Under the pieces are notes generated by a model, which was not told the DNA's origin, made no database searches, and worked only from the letters and a program-made list of their open reading frames with translations. From the NCBI GenBank assembly GCA_051294375.1, contig CM119265.1:11940382-12004381 (forward strand): a stretch of DNA of 64,000 nt, read 5' to 3'. The stretch comes from Paraspadella gotoi (Eukaryota; Animalia; Chaetognatha). Made by a program: the position numbers and the translations under genes. Positions 14,001-29,000 of the stretch are shown here, piece after piece. Positions within the stretch are counted from its first letter, which is position 1. Each line of letters opens with the position of its first letter.

Positions 14001-17000
14001 AGTCCACCAAACCAGCGATCACACAAAAAATAAGATTCCGAGATATCTGAATAAGAGAGTTTCTATGCTCTAAAAAGAACTAAAAACCCAGTGACAACTT
14101 TGAGATCTGAAGATGCCACGTGACCAGAATTCGATTAGAATCTTAATCGAAATCTATCGAAATCACGGGCACCAATCAGAATCAGCTGTACACTGCCTTC
14201 GGAATTCTGTACTTAAGTATAAACAAAAGAGAGAGCCTAAAGATGTCGTGTCGATCGCTAGAATGGAAGCATTTTCGATGTCAGTAATAAAGAGCAAAAG
14301 AGCAACGGGGAAAAGGTAGAGAAGCTGGATTTCCTCGTAATATTAGAGATAGTTATTTCGTAACAAACAGTTTTAGATTCGCCGGAAAATTTTTAGGTTA
14401 AAGCTGCAAAAAATGACAAAAACGTTTCATCATATAACAGTTTCTACTACAAAGCGTAAAAAAGTGGAGAATTTAACCTTTTTTTTCGATTTTTGACGCT
14501 AAAGACCTTGAAATTTTTAATAACATATTATATATTTTTGATCTAACTTTTTGTAAAGAATCAGAATCTTTAATAAAAATTAAAAAAAAAATATTCTGAA
14601 AATTTATGATTTTATAAGGATATTACTATAAATATATTGTAATTAATGATACTGTTCCCCAAACAATATAAGCAAAATATTTTTTGTACTCCTTAATCAT
14701 ATTATCTCACGTCTAAATATCCTTGTTTGTTCACTCAAATAAAATTTATGTTCCCCAGTGCTCCACTCTAATGCATAATAACCCCAAGAGTATTGGCTCT
14801 TTAAAAATGTCAAGAAATGGAATCTCAGAATAATATAGTAGACTGCAGCAATGGATTTTTGCCCAGTAACAAAAATATAAGGAAGTATTTATCTTTCATC
14901 TGATGCTCCAGTAGATTGCATAAATATATTTACTTGATATTTTACACAGAGAGTCCCAACTACATCAGTTATTGATTTCATAAGCTCCCAGAGATGGCAC
15001 TCAACCAGAGTGGCCACTACAGTGTGAACTTAAAAAAAAAATTTTTACAGTATCTTAAAATTGCTTTTATTAATTAAGGTTAAAATAGGTCTTGTTAAAC
15101 TGCGGCAGTTAAATGGCCATAGGATAGTAAAGATAAGATGTCCTAGTAAATATTTCTAAATGGAGTTCTTCATTTGCTCTCTTTAGAATTTTTCTTTTAA
15201 CATAGAAACGAGCTCCTCGCGTGCATATTATTGGTTTTAAGTTTCCGACATTTGCTACCTGCAGCATCCTTATAAATGGCCCTAATCCACTCGGGCTTGA
15301 GCGCACGGTTTCCCGAATTCAAATAGTAGTTATTCCTATTCTTAATAGCTTTCTTAATAATATAACATACTGCTAGGGAATATTGACATATTTACGTAGA
15401 CACATTTGAATCCGACAAAGTTTTAATTAGATAACCAGTCTGGGTGTCATTCTGTTCGTTTTTCCAAGCTCTTTTTAACTAAAAAAGTTTTATTTATCGT
15501 CGCAATCGCTAAGCGTTTACAGGGATTTCTTAACTTCAATACAATGTCAACGCAATTAAGGTATGTAGTCATTTTACAATAAACTTCTAATTCAGAAATC
15601 CGATAGCCATATGTCTGAAGGGCTCGCAAAATTTTTCTTTTTCTTGTAATTTAGCCCATATACAATAGGGCCGTAGCGATGAAGAGTATATTGATCGAAC
15701 ATGTAAAATCTGTTGCGTATTGCTAGCGCCAAACTTCGTCATGGGGTGGGTCAGAAGTTTGATTTGGGAACCTTTCCAAATGAAAACTTCATACATTTCT
15801 GAGAAAACTTTCAATGGAGCAAAATTTTTCTAAAATGGCAAGAAGCATTAGTAATTAATTTTTTAATAATTTATTTATAGATAGGAAATGTCAAAAATTT
15901 TTTTTTTGAATTTGTTATTTTTTAAAAGCAGATTCAAATGGCTTATGAAAAAGTTTATCTACACAAAGTATAATTCTTTTTTCAATATTTGATGATAAGT
16001 GGGTTTAAATTGAGAAAAACTTAAAAAAATCATCATCATCATCATCATCCGATGGATTTTAGCAGTTTTTTTCAAATTTTTAGTAATAAAACATCAAAAT
16101 TTAAAAAAGTTGTAATTATATTTTTTGTTTAACTTTTTAAGCTCTATCAGAAATCAATTAAAAAAACTTAAAATATTCCCAAAAATTTTTTGACATTATA
16201 TAGGCAATAAAATAATATTATTAGCGAAATTACTCATGGTTCGGAACATTTTTGTAAAAAAATTATTTTAACACAATAATTAATACCAATAATGGATTAG
16301 TTTAATGCTGTTCCCATTAAAATTTGAATTGGTCGGCTACCTCTAATATTGCAATAAAGAAACATTTTTATAACAAAATTTATTTAAAATATTTTGGAAC
16401 AGTATCACTTTATCGATTTTTTATAATTTTATCACTTATTCACTTTTAATTGGTTCTTTTCAGTCACGTGACATTATACAGCCAATCAGCATCGGTTATT
16501 CTAGCTCAAATTTTATTAAACAAAAAAAAGAAAGTTGTCGTTCTATTTTTTTTAATTAAGTTTCAAACCATACAGATAAGATTTATTAGCGAAACAATGA
16601 CGCAAAATCTTTTTTCGTCTCGACTGTAGGAAGAAGGAATCGAGACTTGATTCTCGCTCTCATAAAACCGTCTCGACGATCAAATCCGCATACTGAATGA
16701 CAAGCTGCCGTCATCTCTTTAATCATTCTTTCGACGGCCTGGGTATGACAATTGAATTTAAAAACGCTCAAAGGAACTGTTAATATCTTATTAATTTCAC
16801 TAAGGTTAAGTTTAGTCGTGAAAATGGGTTCAGTAACAATTAAGTCATCCCAACTGATAACATTATTAAAACCTTTCAAAAAAACTAATGGTTGGACAGG
16901 CTTATTAGACCAATTTCGAGGTGGGAAATTTGATGGTGAGGTCGAAATTGCTCAGTTTAGTCGAAATCGCTTGACAACCGGGCCCTGAACGAGCATTTTC

Positions 17001-20000
17001 CAATTTTTCCCACATTTTAAAACGTTAATATCATTATTCTATAAAATTACTTTTTTAAACTAAAGAAAAAGTAAATTACACTTTTTATTATATAAACTTA
17101 ATATTTATCATAATTTGAAGTAACAGTTTTAAAAAAACAGGGCCCAGGAGCATTTTTCCCTGTTTTTACTTTATCAATCACTTTAAAGGGAAAGTTCAAT
17201 CAAGATTGTATAAAAATGTATAAAATATATATTAATATAAAACTATTTGCTTTCATTTAAAATAGGTTAAAACTTTTTAAATTTTAATTTATTATTTTAT
17301 TAATTATTATTTTTAAGTAAATGATTACTGAAAACAATCCAATCGGTTTTTTATTTTAAAAAGACAAATAAAATAATTTTGGTTTATTAACACAATGCAA
17401 AGGCCAAAACATATGTTTATTTTTAATAAAAAAATATTAGAGGAAAAACAATATGTTTTTCGCGCTTTAACAACATTTATTTTTTATATAATGGACAAGT
17501 TTCGACTCTAGTTTTCGAGTCTTCATCAGTATTGAAAAGATACATTCACAAACTTTTTTATATTGGTTTAAGGGAGAGAGAGAAGGAGGAGATATTGAGG
17601 GAGAGAGAGAGAGTTTCCAACAAAGAAATTGAGTAAAGGACAGTGGTCAGATGTTAGGACAGGAGAAAGTGAGGGAAGGGAAGGAGAGTGAGTGAATTTG
17701 AGATTGGTGAAAAAGAAAGAGAGAGAGAGAGAGATCAATATATTTGGCAATATATAACATGAAATATGAAGTGAAAACGAAAGTAACATAAGTTAATAAT
17801 AAATAAATGTTTGTGAGAATTTGGTTTAATAGTAAGAATGAAATATGAAATGGAAGAATAAGTTGGTGAAGGGATCTAAGGTAAGTTTAAGAGAAAAATA
17901 AGATGAGAAAGAGCTCAAAATGAGCTGGCCCCCCCTAGCAGGGCAAATGAGGGACATTACCGATGTGCTCGGTTCATTGGCCTGTAATGGGCTGAGAGGA
18001 TATTGTGGTGGAGTGGGATTGGTTCGGGTCTGGCTAAGATCCGGCTGAAAAAATGCCAAGTGCCACTCGTATACTTCTGGCCTGATAGGCCTGCCGAGAG
18101 CCCTCTTCTCACCTGATGGTGAGGCGGGCAGTTGTCTGTTCTGGCCTGTTTTGAAACGGGAGATACAGATTCCTCTCCCTCCTCTTGCAGCCGTCGTTTT
18201 GGGCGGCGCTCAGCACGAGAAAAGTCGTGCCAAGTTGCTGCAGGCTCAGGAGAGGCATCAGATGTTCATTGCCTGCTAGAAAATCTCCGCCTGACCCATT
18301 GAGTGGGACAGGAATCACCGTGTGGCTGAGGTGGCGTTGGGTGCCCACCAGTTTGATTAGCGAATCATAGCTTGGAGGGAGTTCGAATTGTCCTCCATCA
18401 CGGTTCAAAGAGGGTTCGAGGGCTTTGATGTTACTTTAGTTTTTCACTTCTATTCACTGTTGTACATTGCCAAATGTATTGATCTCTCTCTCTCTTTTCC
18501 ACCAATCTCAAATTTACTCACTCTCCTTCCCTTCCCTTACTTTCTCCTGTCCTAACATCTGACTCAATTCTGAAGCTTTGAAATTTTATTCATCAATTTT
18601 TTTACTTTAATATTATGAATTTCTTTTAATATAATTAAAAATATACTATGTGATAATAGGGTCTTGTAGTAAATTACTAGAGTTTTCATCAGTGCAAATT
18701 AAAAGTTTTGGGAGACATGGTTTGAAAAGGAAACCATTCCATCTCTCTCACTCTCTCTCCTCTTTTTTTTCTTCTCAAACCATGTCTCCAAAAATTTTAA
18801 TTTATGCTGATGAAGATATGACTTCTTCAAAACGTGTCCATAATTTACTATGAAGATAAATAAAACTTTACCATTGCCAAAACAAACTAAAGACTTTTAC
18901 TTATTCTGAATTAAATGTTTGCAAATTTAAAATTAGTGATTACAAAAAAATCAGAATAAAGTTTTTAGCAAAATTTTAAAAAAACCCTTTTTAGGTATTA
19001 TGCTCATTTCAGGGCTAAGAAAGAAAAAATATTAAAGTACAATCATTAATTGTACTTTAAAATGGGTAAAAAAAGAATAAAAACTAATTAATTTATTGTT
19101 TATTTCAGTTGGATAATAATAAACTACAAAAATTATGGGAAATTCTAAAAAGCTAAAATATGCTCATGTAGGCCTGGTAGTCAAGCGATATCGAGGTTTG
19201 CGACGGTTTTTGACCTTACCATTAGATTCCTTACCCCCATATTAGTATAGTTAGCCTGTCCCAACAGTAAAAATGCAAGCTTTATTATTTTTTGAAATGT
19301 TTAAATAACATTATAAATAGAATCAGCTTCAAATTGAGAGCAGGGGGTTTAAAAATTCGGGGAGAGTCATCTCCTGTTCCTCTTCCATCACGGATTTCCA
19401 GCAGTTTTTTGACAGCAAATTCTCGATGGTTTTTATCGTCAGAAGCTGCCAACGCTAACAGTAGGTTTTCTGGATGAACAAAATAGCTTTTTACGTATGG
19501 TGAAACAATTTCCCTAATAGCGTTTGGCAGCAACTTCAAAAACTGTATTTGTGAAAAAATATGAAAAGGGGCTTTTAGGATTGATGGAGCCGCTTTGATT
19601 TTAAACCAAATTTGACAATAATTCGACATTATAAAAAGAACAATTTTGTCTAGGGAAACCAACGATCAAACAGCCCGAGCGCGAGTCTCGTGTCTCGTGA
19701 GCCACGCATTCACCTTCCTCTTCCTCCTCCTAGCACCCAGGGCTCGAGGCTCACCGAGTTTTCGCCTTCTCGTTTCTACTCTCTCTCCTCTACTTTCTCC
19801 TCTCCGCTCCTTTCGATTTTCCCTCCATTTTTTGTACACCTTTTTTTGCCTTTTTTTAGTAGTAGATATACGTTTTCCTACATTTCGCCTCCTTCCTTTA
19901 CGACTTCGTTAGTTAGACCCAGATTACCACCATCCCAGATAGAGTGGCGCCCAATGTGTTACTCTTACTTAACCACTAAAGAAATCCCCAAACATTTCCT

Positions 20001-23000
20001 CTCACCCCTGAGCTGCTAACCGGGACTTAACCAAAAATAGATCTCACCTATTTCCCTCTTTCTCTCTAACCATCACAATAACAAACCTCACCCATTTCCC
20101 TCTTTCCTCTCTGACCCGCTCTCTGACATCCTTATTTAACCTTTCTCTGACCGCTTTCTCGCCTTTGCAGTCAGATCAGTTTTTTTCATGTATAAAAACA
20201 TAAGTCGAATTGCCGTTGTTAACCAACGTGCGTGGCAAATGGGGCCAGGAGTGAGACTAGTGACGCGTTCCCCGGCTCAGCAGCACTTCGACAGAGTGAT
20301 GCAGCGTCGGGACTGGGCCCTGCAGCAGCTCTGCTGTCGCTGAGGCCGGGAGTCTGGTTTTTTCTTTGACTTTTGTTTTTGTTTCACACGTCTGGTCACA
20401 GCGCGGTGTCTCGCCTTTTGGAGAGACAAAAGGCTAATGTGGGGGGGGGGTTTGATAAGAATCATAATTCCATCCAGAATTACAGATTACCGTTGATTTC
20501 TATTTTCAAGTGTTTTAGTTGTTTTCCGATCCAGTGAACCAATAGCCATTTTCCCTACACTTGCAGTTTTGTTTCGTTGGACATAGATAAAGCGATAAAT
20601 GTGCGCCTGCCATGTACAATTCCCATCGCATCCCGTCTCGGAGCACAGTGATCGGGCATTTGCAGTTTAAAATGTCAAAGAGTTTGTCGAGACGATCGGC
20701 AAAGTTATGAGAGCGCGCACCAGTTGCGGACCGATGCATTTGCGTAAGTGTATTCTACTCACGTTTGATTCATACTGTGATGCTGTCCAAAGTTGCAATC
20801 GGTAGAGAGGAATTGGCTCGCTTGTAAATATTACAAATGTCTTCGGCCACAGATTTAAAAAACGCTGTGTTCAGGACTTTCCCTTCCAGCTGAAATATAA
20901 ACAAAAGGAATGTTAAGACCTTTCAGTCTATCATCCGAAAATGTTTTAAACTCATAATCAAATAACTTAAACAGCACAATACCTTTTTAAATTTAGCGTG
21001 ACACATTACATTACATTTAGTGGTTTCGAACTACCAAGAACTTCATCCTCCTGACTACGAGTTAAAACCTTTTTGTATTTCGGCATTTTAAAAACTATTC
21101 TAGTTCTATAACTACTACTATTTCTAAATAAAAAAAATGAATTCTAAAAAGCTATTCGAAAAGTTACTTAGTAACCATTAAACAATTGAGAACGAAATGT
21201 TAACCCGAAAAAAATTGAACGCTGATTGGTCAGTTAATTACGTGAGTCGTTTGTGGTTGGATAATTTTTTTATTTTGCTGATGACGTGATTTTTTTAACT
21301 TAATGAGTTAATCGGCGAGTTCATCCGCGAAAACAAAATAATCCCACAATTTATCCCAAAAAGTGATTTTGAAGATATATTTTTGGAAAAAGAAATTTTG
21401 ATTTAAGCGAAGGAAAACATTTCAATATTTTTTATTTGTTCCATCAACGAAATAAAAAAAAGAGCTTAATATGCTCCGGCCTAATCTACATATCAAACGG
21501 TCAGGTTAAAGTGTAATAGTCCAGTTATTATCGCGAAATTTTTATTTAACATAAAAATAAAGGAGGGAAGAATGAAATTTTTATTTAATAAGAAACTAAA
21601 GGAAAATATTTTTTGTCATTATACTAGAAAAACCGCTGTTCTTTTTTTTCCTGTTAAGCATGATTCAGCTGAGAAGTGCAGCTTTGGCTCGGGAGTTAAT
21701 GCAGCAGCATCAGTGGCATAACTGCAGAGCAGATAATAGCGCCATGGAAACCAAACAAATAAAACTTTGGAAGATGAGCACGAAAACCATGCCATGCAAC
21801 GACAACCAAGGAGTTAAGGGAGGCCGCCTCGATCGAATTTGCGACAAAATACATTGAGGTTCGACTCGCGCGTCTTGAACCAAAAAAAGAAGCTCCGCTC
21901 TCAGAAAAAAAATCCGAATGAAGCGGTTTCCAATAGGTTCCGCGTACAAACGTTGCATTTAGGAAAAAAGCGACTCTTCCAATATTGTTCAGCTGTTATT
22001 TACAATGTTGATTAACTTTGTACCACAACACAAATTAGGCAACGAAGGATTGGTTAAAAACATTTCCACCCGTTTCTAATGATAAAAGAGTAGAATTTTG
22101 GCAACTTTTTAGGAAAAAAAATTATGTCCATTTTTGTCCATTTTTACTTGCGACTTCTGATTTGAATGCCAAGGAAAGTTGAGAAAAAATTTTTACTTTG
22201 GAAATCCGTTCTTTCTTATCTTCTTTACCCTGGGTAGATTTATTAGCTTAAATTATTTATAGTTTGCCTATGAATTAATGTTAAAGTTAACAAGTCAAAA
22301 ATTGCAGTTTCAGTCTTTATCATAATTTGTTAAACAAAAATTAATCAAATTGGTTGAAATTAACAGAAAATATAGCCTATTGAATAAGCTTTTCACACCT
22401 ATAAAATTATCAAAAAAACTTTTTTGGTTTAGCCACAAATAATTTTTAAAGGCGTTTTTTAATTTGTGACTTTTTGTGACTTGCATTTATTTTTGATAAA
22501 GATAATATTTTCAACTCATTTATTAGTTTTAAAGATGGGGTACTTACTGACGTTGATAAAACAAAAGAACCGCATCCTTTTAACCCAATGGAAAGCATCA
22601 GGACTTGTTTTTTCTCAGAATCGACAGATTTTGCGGAAAAATTTTCCGCAAAATCTGTCGATTTACTCAATTTGCTAGGCAACCAAAATTGAAAGAAAAA
22701 TCATGCGCTACCGTTCATTTTCTTTCTTATAATGCATTTTAAATATTTTCTGTGATTTAGCTCAATGTAAACGTAGTGAGAGGAAAGAGGAAAGGGAAAA
22801 CAAGAAAAGGAGAAGGGGAAGAATGAAAGAGAGGGTGAAAGGCAAAAAACGAAGGCAAATGGGGAAAAAATAGTAAAACAATTGTAAGGTGAGAAAAGAG
22901 GGAAAATGGAAAGAAAAAGAGGGGAAAAGAAAGGGGAAGAATGAAGATGAGAAAAAAGGTGAGGAAAGTGCATGAGTGGCAGAAAAGGTAGGGGCCGAAA

Positions 23001-26000
23001 AATGGTAAGTGACAGCGTGAGAAGTAAGGGAGGAAAGAGGAAGAGGAAAATATAAAGTAAGAGAAGAAAAGATGTGAAGAAAAATAATCAGGAAAAGCGT
23101 ATGAAGGAAAAAAAATTGTATCAGATAATGTGGCGTCTTACCTAAAAACTTTTATGTAAGTAAAAGACGTGAAGATTCTTATGAGGAATTCGATCTTTAA
23201 AAATTATCTATACATATAAAATTTGAACATACTTATATCTAAAATTACGCAGTTAATGAGATTAGATAAACAATCATTGAAGAAATTTATGGTTCCAAAT
23301 GAACCGGGATCTTCATGCTCCTCTCCACCACGTATTGCTCTTTTGTTCCAGAATGTCGTGTTGTCCACAGAAAGGACAAAAGAATAAAACGGAAAAGCAG
23401 GATCCTCCTGTCTTCCTCCTCCTGCTTCTTACCTCCTCTCAGATACTTAAGCTCAGCGAAAGCGAACGCCACGAAATCACTCAGTCCACAAGACCCATCT
23501 GAGAGAGACTCCACGCGACTCCCGACAGTAAAAACGGAAGAAAGGTCTGTGCTTTCCCAGACCAATTCCCACTGCACGTAGAATGACGTCCAGATCCACG
23601 CCCTTGGCAAAAGCTCCGATACAGCCATAGCGCGTGTCGAGGCCAGGGGGCGCGTTGATGTCCGCATCTCCAAAGATCGACTTGAGAATCGATGAAAAAC
23701 GTTGGAGAGATAATGGACCATAAGGAGCGATGGAAATAAAGAGGAAACGTGCTGAGGTCACAATGCCTGACAACACGAAGCCAAAAAACCAAAAGCAGAG
23801 ACTGGGCAAACGCTTGAGCCATGCAGTCTATTCCAAACGAAAAAGCAGGACCAAGACGACGAAAACTATCAGTCTTGACAGTTGAGAAGGCACAAAAGAA
23901 CATGTCAGCAGCAAATCCATGTGACCAGGTCCAACGAAGCGAAGCCAACTCAGAAGCCTTCTTGCAGAGGCCATGGCAAGGAGGAAAATTGTACTCCTCA
24001 AAACATGAGCCGTGAGAAATTAGTAGAGCGAAGTATCAAAAAACTCGCAGAACTGGGCGACCACTCAAGCCGGGAACATCCTGCGCCGAAGGAGGGCGTT
24101 TTTGGAGACATCCCTCAGCAAACGGCAGACAAAGGATGTTACCACTGGAGAACCATCCACATGAAGGCAAAGTTGCGGAGATGCCGATCGGTTGCAAATT
24201 CACTGTGGCTATACAGACAGACCAGTCGTACGCATGAGATTGAGCGAGATACTCGAGAACGTCCTTCAAAGCGCCTGATGTCTCGAAGGCCCCTACGCTG
24301 AAGGAAGAGAGTCAAAACATCGCAGAACCCTGTCGTAACGGGATCCTGTAATCCCCTCCACTGTCAGAGATGAGTGAAAAAGCTGAGTTGTTGAGGTCTT
24401 GGAGACCGTCGCGCCCTCCTATAAATCCTCCAGAACGACCAACTTGGAGGCGATCCGAGAGCTTGGAGGAGATCCGTGGCTTTGTCCAACACAATTGACG
24501 AGAACACGGGGAGACGAAAAACCTCCAACACCCGAAGAGTCAACAACAGCGGAAACCACTTTCTGGCTGGCCAAAAGGGCGCACCAGAAGAAATTCCCCC
24601 TGGCCTCCGCTCAACTTGAGGATCACCTTCGGAGATCAATGGGAGAGGGGGAAACACGTAAAGCCCCTGTCGAAAATCCAAACTTGATTGAGGGCAATCC
24701 AGTCCGAGGAGAATCATCCTCCCATCTTCCAAGAGAAGTAGCGAGGAACTTGACGGAAGACCAGCGTCGCAAACAGATTATCTGGGCAAACCAGACCGTC
24801 GAATCGTCGAAAAACTTGGGGAGAGAGATGCCATCCTGAAACAGCTTTCCGCGTGATGCCGCATCCGCGATCAAATTCTCCTCAGAAATGTGCGTCCCCA
24901 CAATTGTGATCTGCAGAGACTGAGCCAGAAGGAGAGAATACCTGACAACTTCGTGAGAATCCGAGAGCGGCTTGCAGGAGCGGCGGAGACAAACCAGAGA
25001 CACTAAGCTGGTCGTCTTCCACAAAAGATTGCAGCCTCGGATCTGCTGACCGCAAGGAACGCAGGAACTTGAGCAGGACATGAAACTCCTTCACAGTTAT
25101 ATGGAGAATGGCATCCACAACTTCCCAATCCCCCGGTGAAGAGCCCCGCGAAACAGGAAGCCCAACCCTCCTGGGAGGCATCTGTCGTCACTTCCGCCGT
25201 GAGAATCCGGAAGAACACGGCAGATCGAGCAAAGCAATCCTGGATTCTCGAGCTTTGACATCCAACGCAGCTCCACTCTCGCCGCCTACCGAAAGAAGGA
25301 CTGTCTTCCCCAGATCCTCTCCACGTGGAGTAGACAGATTGACTCGCGTTGAATCCTGCCGTCTGCAGCGAATGAGCGGACTGCTGAAAGAGGCTGCGGT
25401 CACGAAGACCCAGCAGGCGAAAGAACCTGAGGGCGATGGAGTGGGCTCTAAGCAGGAGAGAGGCGGCCATCTCGCGAAGTGACAAACTTCGTCCAGAGAG
25501 CGCAACTCGATGAAAGCGCCCACGCCCATTGGAGACCCAAGAACTGAAAACTTGCGTCGGAACCAAACTTGACCTTATTGGATGAATGATGAAGCCCGCA
25601 TCCTTCAAGAGTCGAAGAGCTGTGAGAGTGTTCACCAGACACCCTCTTGCGAGCGTCCCAGTATCAGAATATCGTCTACTGTAGAAAAGGCAACCTGATG
25701 CCCTTCTTCGGAGCCAGGCGACTAACGGGCGTCGTCGTCTTGGTGAACAGCCAAGGACCGGTTGCCAAAACCAAAAGGAAGGACTTTGTACTGATAAACC
25801 GCCCTCTCCAATGAACCGAACAAAAACTTGCGATGATCCACATGAAGAGGCAAGTGAGATAGGCGTCGCGAAGATCGATAGACGACGCCCAGTCCCCCGG
25901 AGAACCTATCTTCCGACATCTTGACAACCTTCCATCGAAGTAAGGAGGGACAATGAAGGACTTGTTGAGCTTCTTCAAATTTAAGAATTGGCCTCCATCC

Positions 26001-29000
26001 CCGTCTTTTTTGGAACAGAAAAATCTTGGAATAAAATCCCGAGAGGCTCCACCTCCCCACGCACCCTTTTCCAAAGCTGCCGCTATCTCTCTCGTCGATG
26101 CAAGAGTCCCTGTCCCAAAAGAAGGGTCTCGTCGAAGGGAGAGGCATTCTGGTAGGAATCCTGTTCGCTCCTGCAATGAGGATTCTTTCACGTTTTGTAG
26201 AATAGGAGAATCCTGTCCGACCAAATCCGCCAAAAGGGACGAAGTGTTGCAAGCGCCCTCCCAACCGGAAGTGCGGAAGACGGGCCGGAGAGACAAATCG
26301 AGTCCTGGGACAGGATCCATAGTCTTGATGTCCAAGTGGCCGGACGAGGCGACGGCCGAGGGGCGTCATAGGAAGTCACTTGGAGTCCTTCGACGCCCAG
26401 CCATCCCCCCTTTCCCGAACGCTAAAAGACGCGGACTTGCGTAAGGCTTGTAGAACCTGGATCTTAGCAAAGAACCTCTTCCGCGGAACTGCATTGATTT
26501 TTGGGGCGATAAGCTTGAGCCTTGAAAAGGAGGAATGGATAGCCGCCGAAAACCCGTCGTCGATCGATTCCCAATAAAAATCCACAGAAGGAGGGGATAC
26601 CGCAGTTGTAGCTTTAAGCTCTTCGGGAAGAGACTGCACTACAGACGTCGAATTCAGCCAAAGCTGAATTAAAAGAGAGCGCCCGACATTGAAGCTGCAT
26701 CTTGAGTGGGAGCAGCCAAAGTCTCCAAATCCACAATCAGTTCGGGATCTCGCCCAGCTTTGAGAGACGCAATAATAAATTTCAGGCCTCTGCAAGTGTG
26801 AAGGACAGCATGAAGCTACGGCCCCAGCATCCCTATAGTGCGAACGAGCTGCTTAAAAAGAGCATGCCGATTTGCGATCCTGGAAACGCATCAAATTGTG
26901 CGGAGACTACAAGTATCCTTCGTGGGAGGTCCAAAAACAGCAGGAAGAAGATCCATTCAACCCAACGAGCATAAATAGATCTGGGCGTTGACCGGGCTCC
27001 CCCCTTGCGAGCGTCCCGGAAGAACCAACAGAACGGCAGCTCCTTCATTGCTGACACACCCACTCGAAGAACTGATGCAGTCTGCGTTGGGAATAAATAG
27101 TCTCAATCCCACTGGAGCATAGAAGTGAAGAGCAGTTCGCCTTCCTCGAACAGATCAAATCATCGTCCGGTGCAATTAGCATTTTGCAGAAGTTGATGAG
27201 AACGAACTAACTCCATATCCCGACTTTAGGAAAGAGCGGTTAGCATGACAAGCTTTGCGCAGAACGCGGACTTGATCACTGGAAACGAATCAGCAGCAGC
27301 AGTAGAAGGTTGATGCGGAACAAAAGTGAAATTCCAGGAGCCATGAACATCGTACATGAAAGGAAAAGAAAAAAACCGATTAAATAAGCGCACCAAAAAA
27401 AGACAAAACCCCCGAAGCCGCCCTCCACCACCGGTGGTTGCCAGGGGGACGGCGGGAGACCACGGTGGAGAGGAGCCATGAGAATCCGGTTCCATTTGAA
27501 CATAAATTCTAATCATGTCGCTCCTCTCCAACCACGTAGTTCTGCCATAACAAGAGCGGCGAGGATAAAAAACAAAAAAAACAAGACAAAGTCGAATTGG
27601 TGGAGCGGAAAATATCGAAAAAATTTCACTAATTATGCAAAAAGGCAAAAACACGAAATAAGAGCACATCAACTCACCGTTGCACGAAGCATATCGTCGC
27701 ATGACGTTGAAAACTCCTCCACTGCTGCTGAAGAAGGCGAATCCCTCCTGTATGCATGGCCAAGTTGATTCGTTTCACCCGCTAAGAGCCGAGTCCTTTG
27801 TAGGCGAATGCACCACGTTCCTCTCCCCTACACCATACGCGATGTATAAGTCGGTGCACCGGCCTCGATGCCCACCAGGGAAGGAACCCAGCGGCGGATC
27901 CCGGACCTCGGCGGCGCCCTAGCGCATGTTCACCCCACGGGAGAAAGCAGAGGCCGTTACGGGAGGTGGAGGAGCGGAGCAGGCCCCCTAACGTCGGGCG
28001 GCTTCCGGAGTCAAGACCCATTTCGGGCCCGCTCGCTCCGCTTTTGGACCGCTTTACGGCGGCGCTCGATTTTCGGTTTGCGAGACTCGGACATCTGACA
28101 ATAGAACCGAAACGACTTCGAGATTCACCCCAAACGAATCGAAACAAATCTCGGAGGGAAAAAGAATTCCGTAGTATCAAATTATTTCCAAAAAAATAAT
28201 TCAAAAAAAAATTTTAAAAATTTCAAAAATATTTCAAAAACCTGTGAACGACAAGTCTGAACAAAAAAGTGATTTCGTGGCGTTCGCTTCGCTGAGCTAT
28301 ATCTGAGAGGAGAAGAGCAGGAGGAGGAAGAGCAGGAGGATCCGCTTTCCGTTTTTATCTTTTGTCCTTTCTTGTGGACAACACGACATCTGGACAGCAA
28401 AGAGCAACTACGTGGTGGTGAGGAGCGACAAGATAGAATCATGTTTACCGTATTTTTAACGCATAGAAATTTACCTGGGAAGTTCTAAGTGATAAGAAGG
28501 AGATAACTTGAACGACCGTTTTTTTAAATGAAGTAAAGCTTCATACTAACCAATGAGATCAAGAAAGATGGTAATTATTGAAGTTCAGGATTTCGTTGTC
28601 TAAAAGAGTCTGATTGTATGCGAAACCAATAATAATTTTCATTTTGGTTCCTCGCAATTTTTGCACTAGTAGCGGCATAAATACATCATTCTCTTTATAT
28701 TTGCAAGGGCTTTTAGAAGATAATATTATTGATATTATTTTATTCAATATTTTTTAAAGCTTAGTGAAAGATGGAGAAAAAAATATATGAGTTTTATAAT
28801 GAGAGATGGTTTTCAAATCTACACATGTGGTTTAAACTTTGAACCCCCTACTATCTTGCTTATTTGTCATCCTATTAATTAACACTTAGGTTTATTTAAA
28901 AGCCAAAACATAGATATTTTATTCAAGCCTATGACGAGGTTTTTAGGCTATATATTATGCGGGAGGTCCAGCTCTTTTGAAATTAACTTAAGAAAATGAA

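Larger units (their letters stand above)
16586..21086 (-). pseudogene. Fragmented hAT-superfamily transposase (HTQAVER type, probably hATm group), interrupted by later insertions
   Basis: Colinear pieces: [12 protein letters not shown] (21086); [11 protein letters not shown] (about 20660-20690); WFKIK...[12 protein letters not shown] (19285-19662); [33 protein letters not shown] (16586-16879). Possible termini at 15666 (TAGGGCCG) and 21483 (CGGCCTA) have only a 6/8 flanking match and are tentative. Confidence 0.75.

Noticed and set aside
12190-14365. A single LTR element with two LTRs and a 600-bp interior
   Set aside because: Each repeat has its own distinct 5-bp TSD, and no PBS or PPT is evident between them.
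15666-21483. Exact termini and TSD of the hAT transposase element
   Set aside because: The TIR match is short and the flanks agree at only 6 of 8 positions (ATATACAA versus ATCTACAT), so the boundaries are not asserted.
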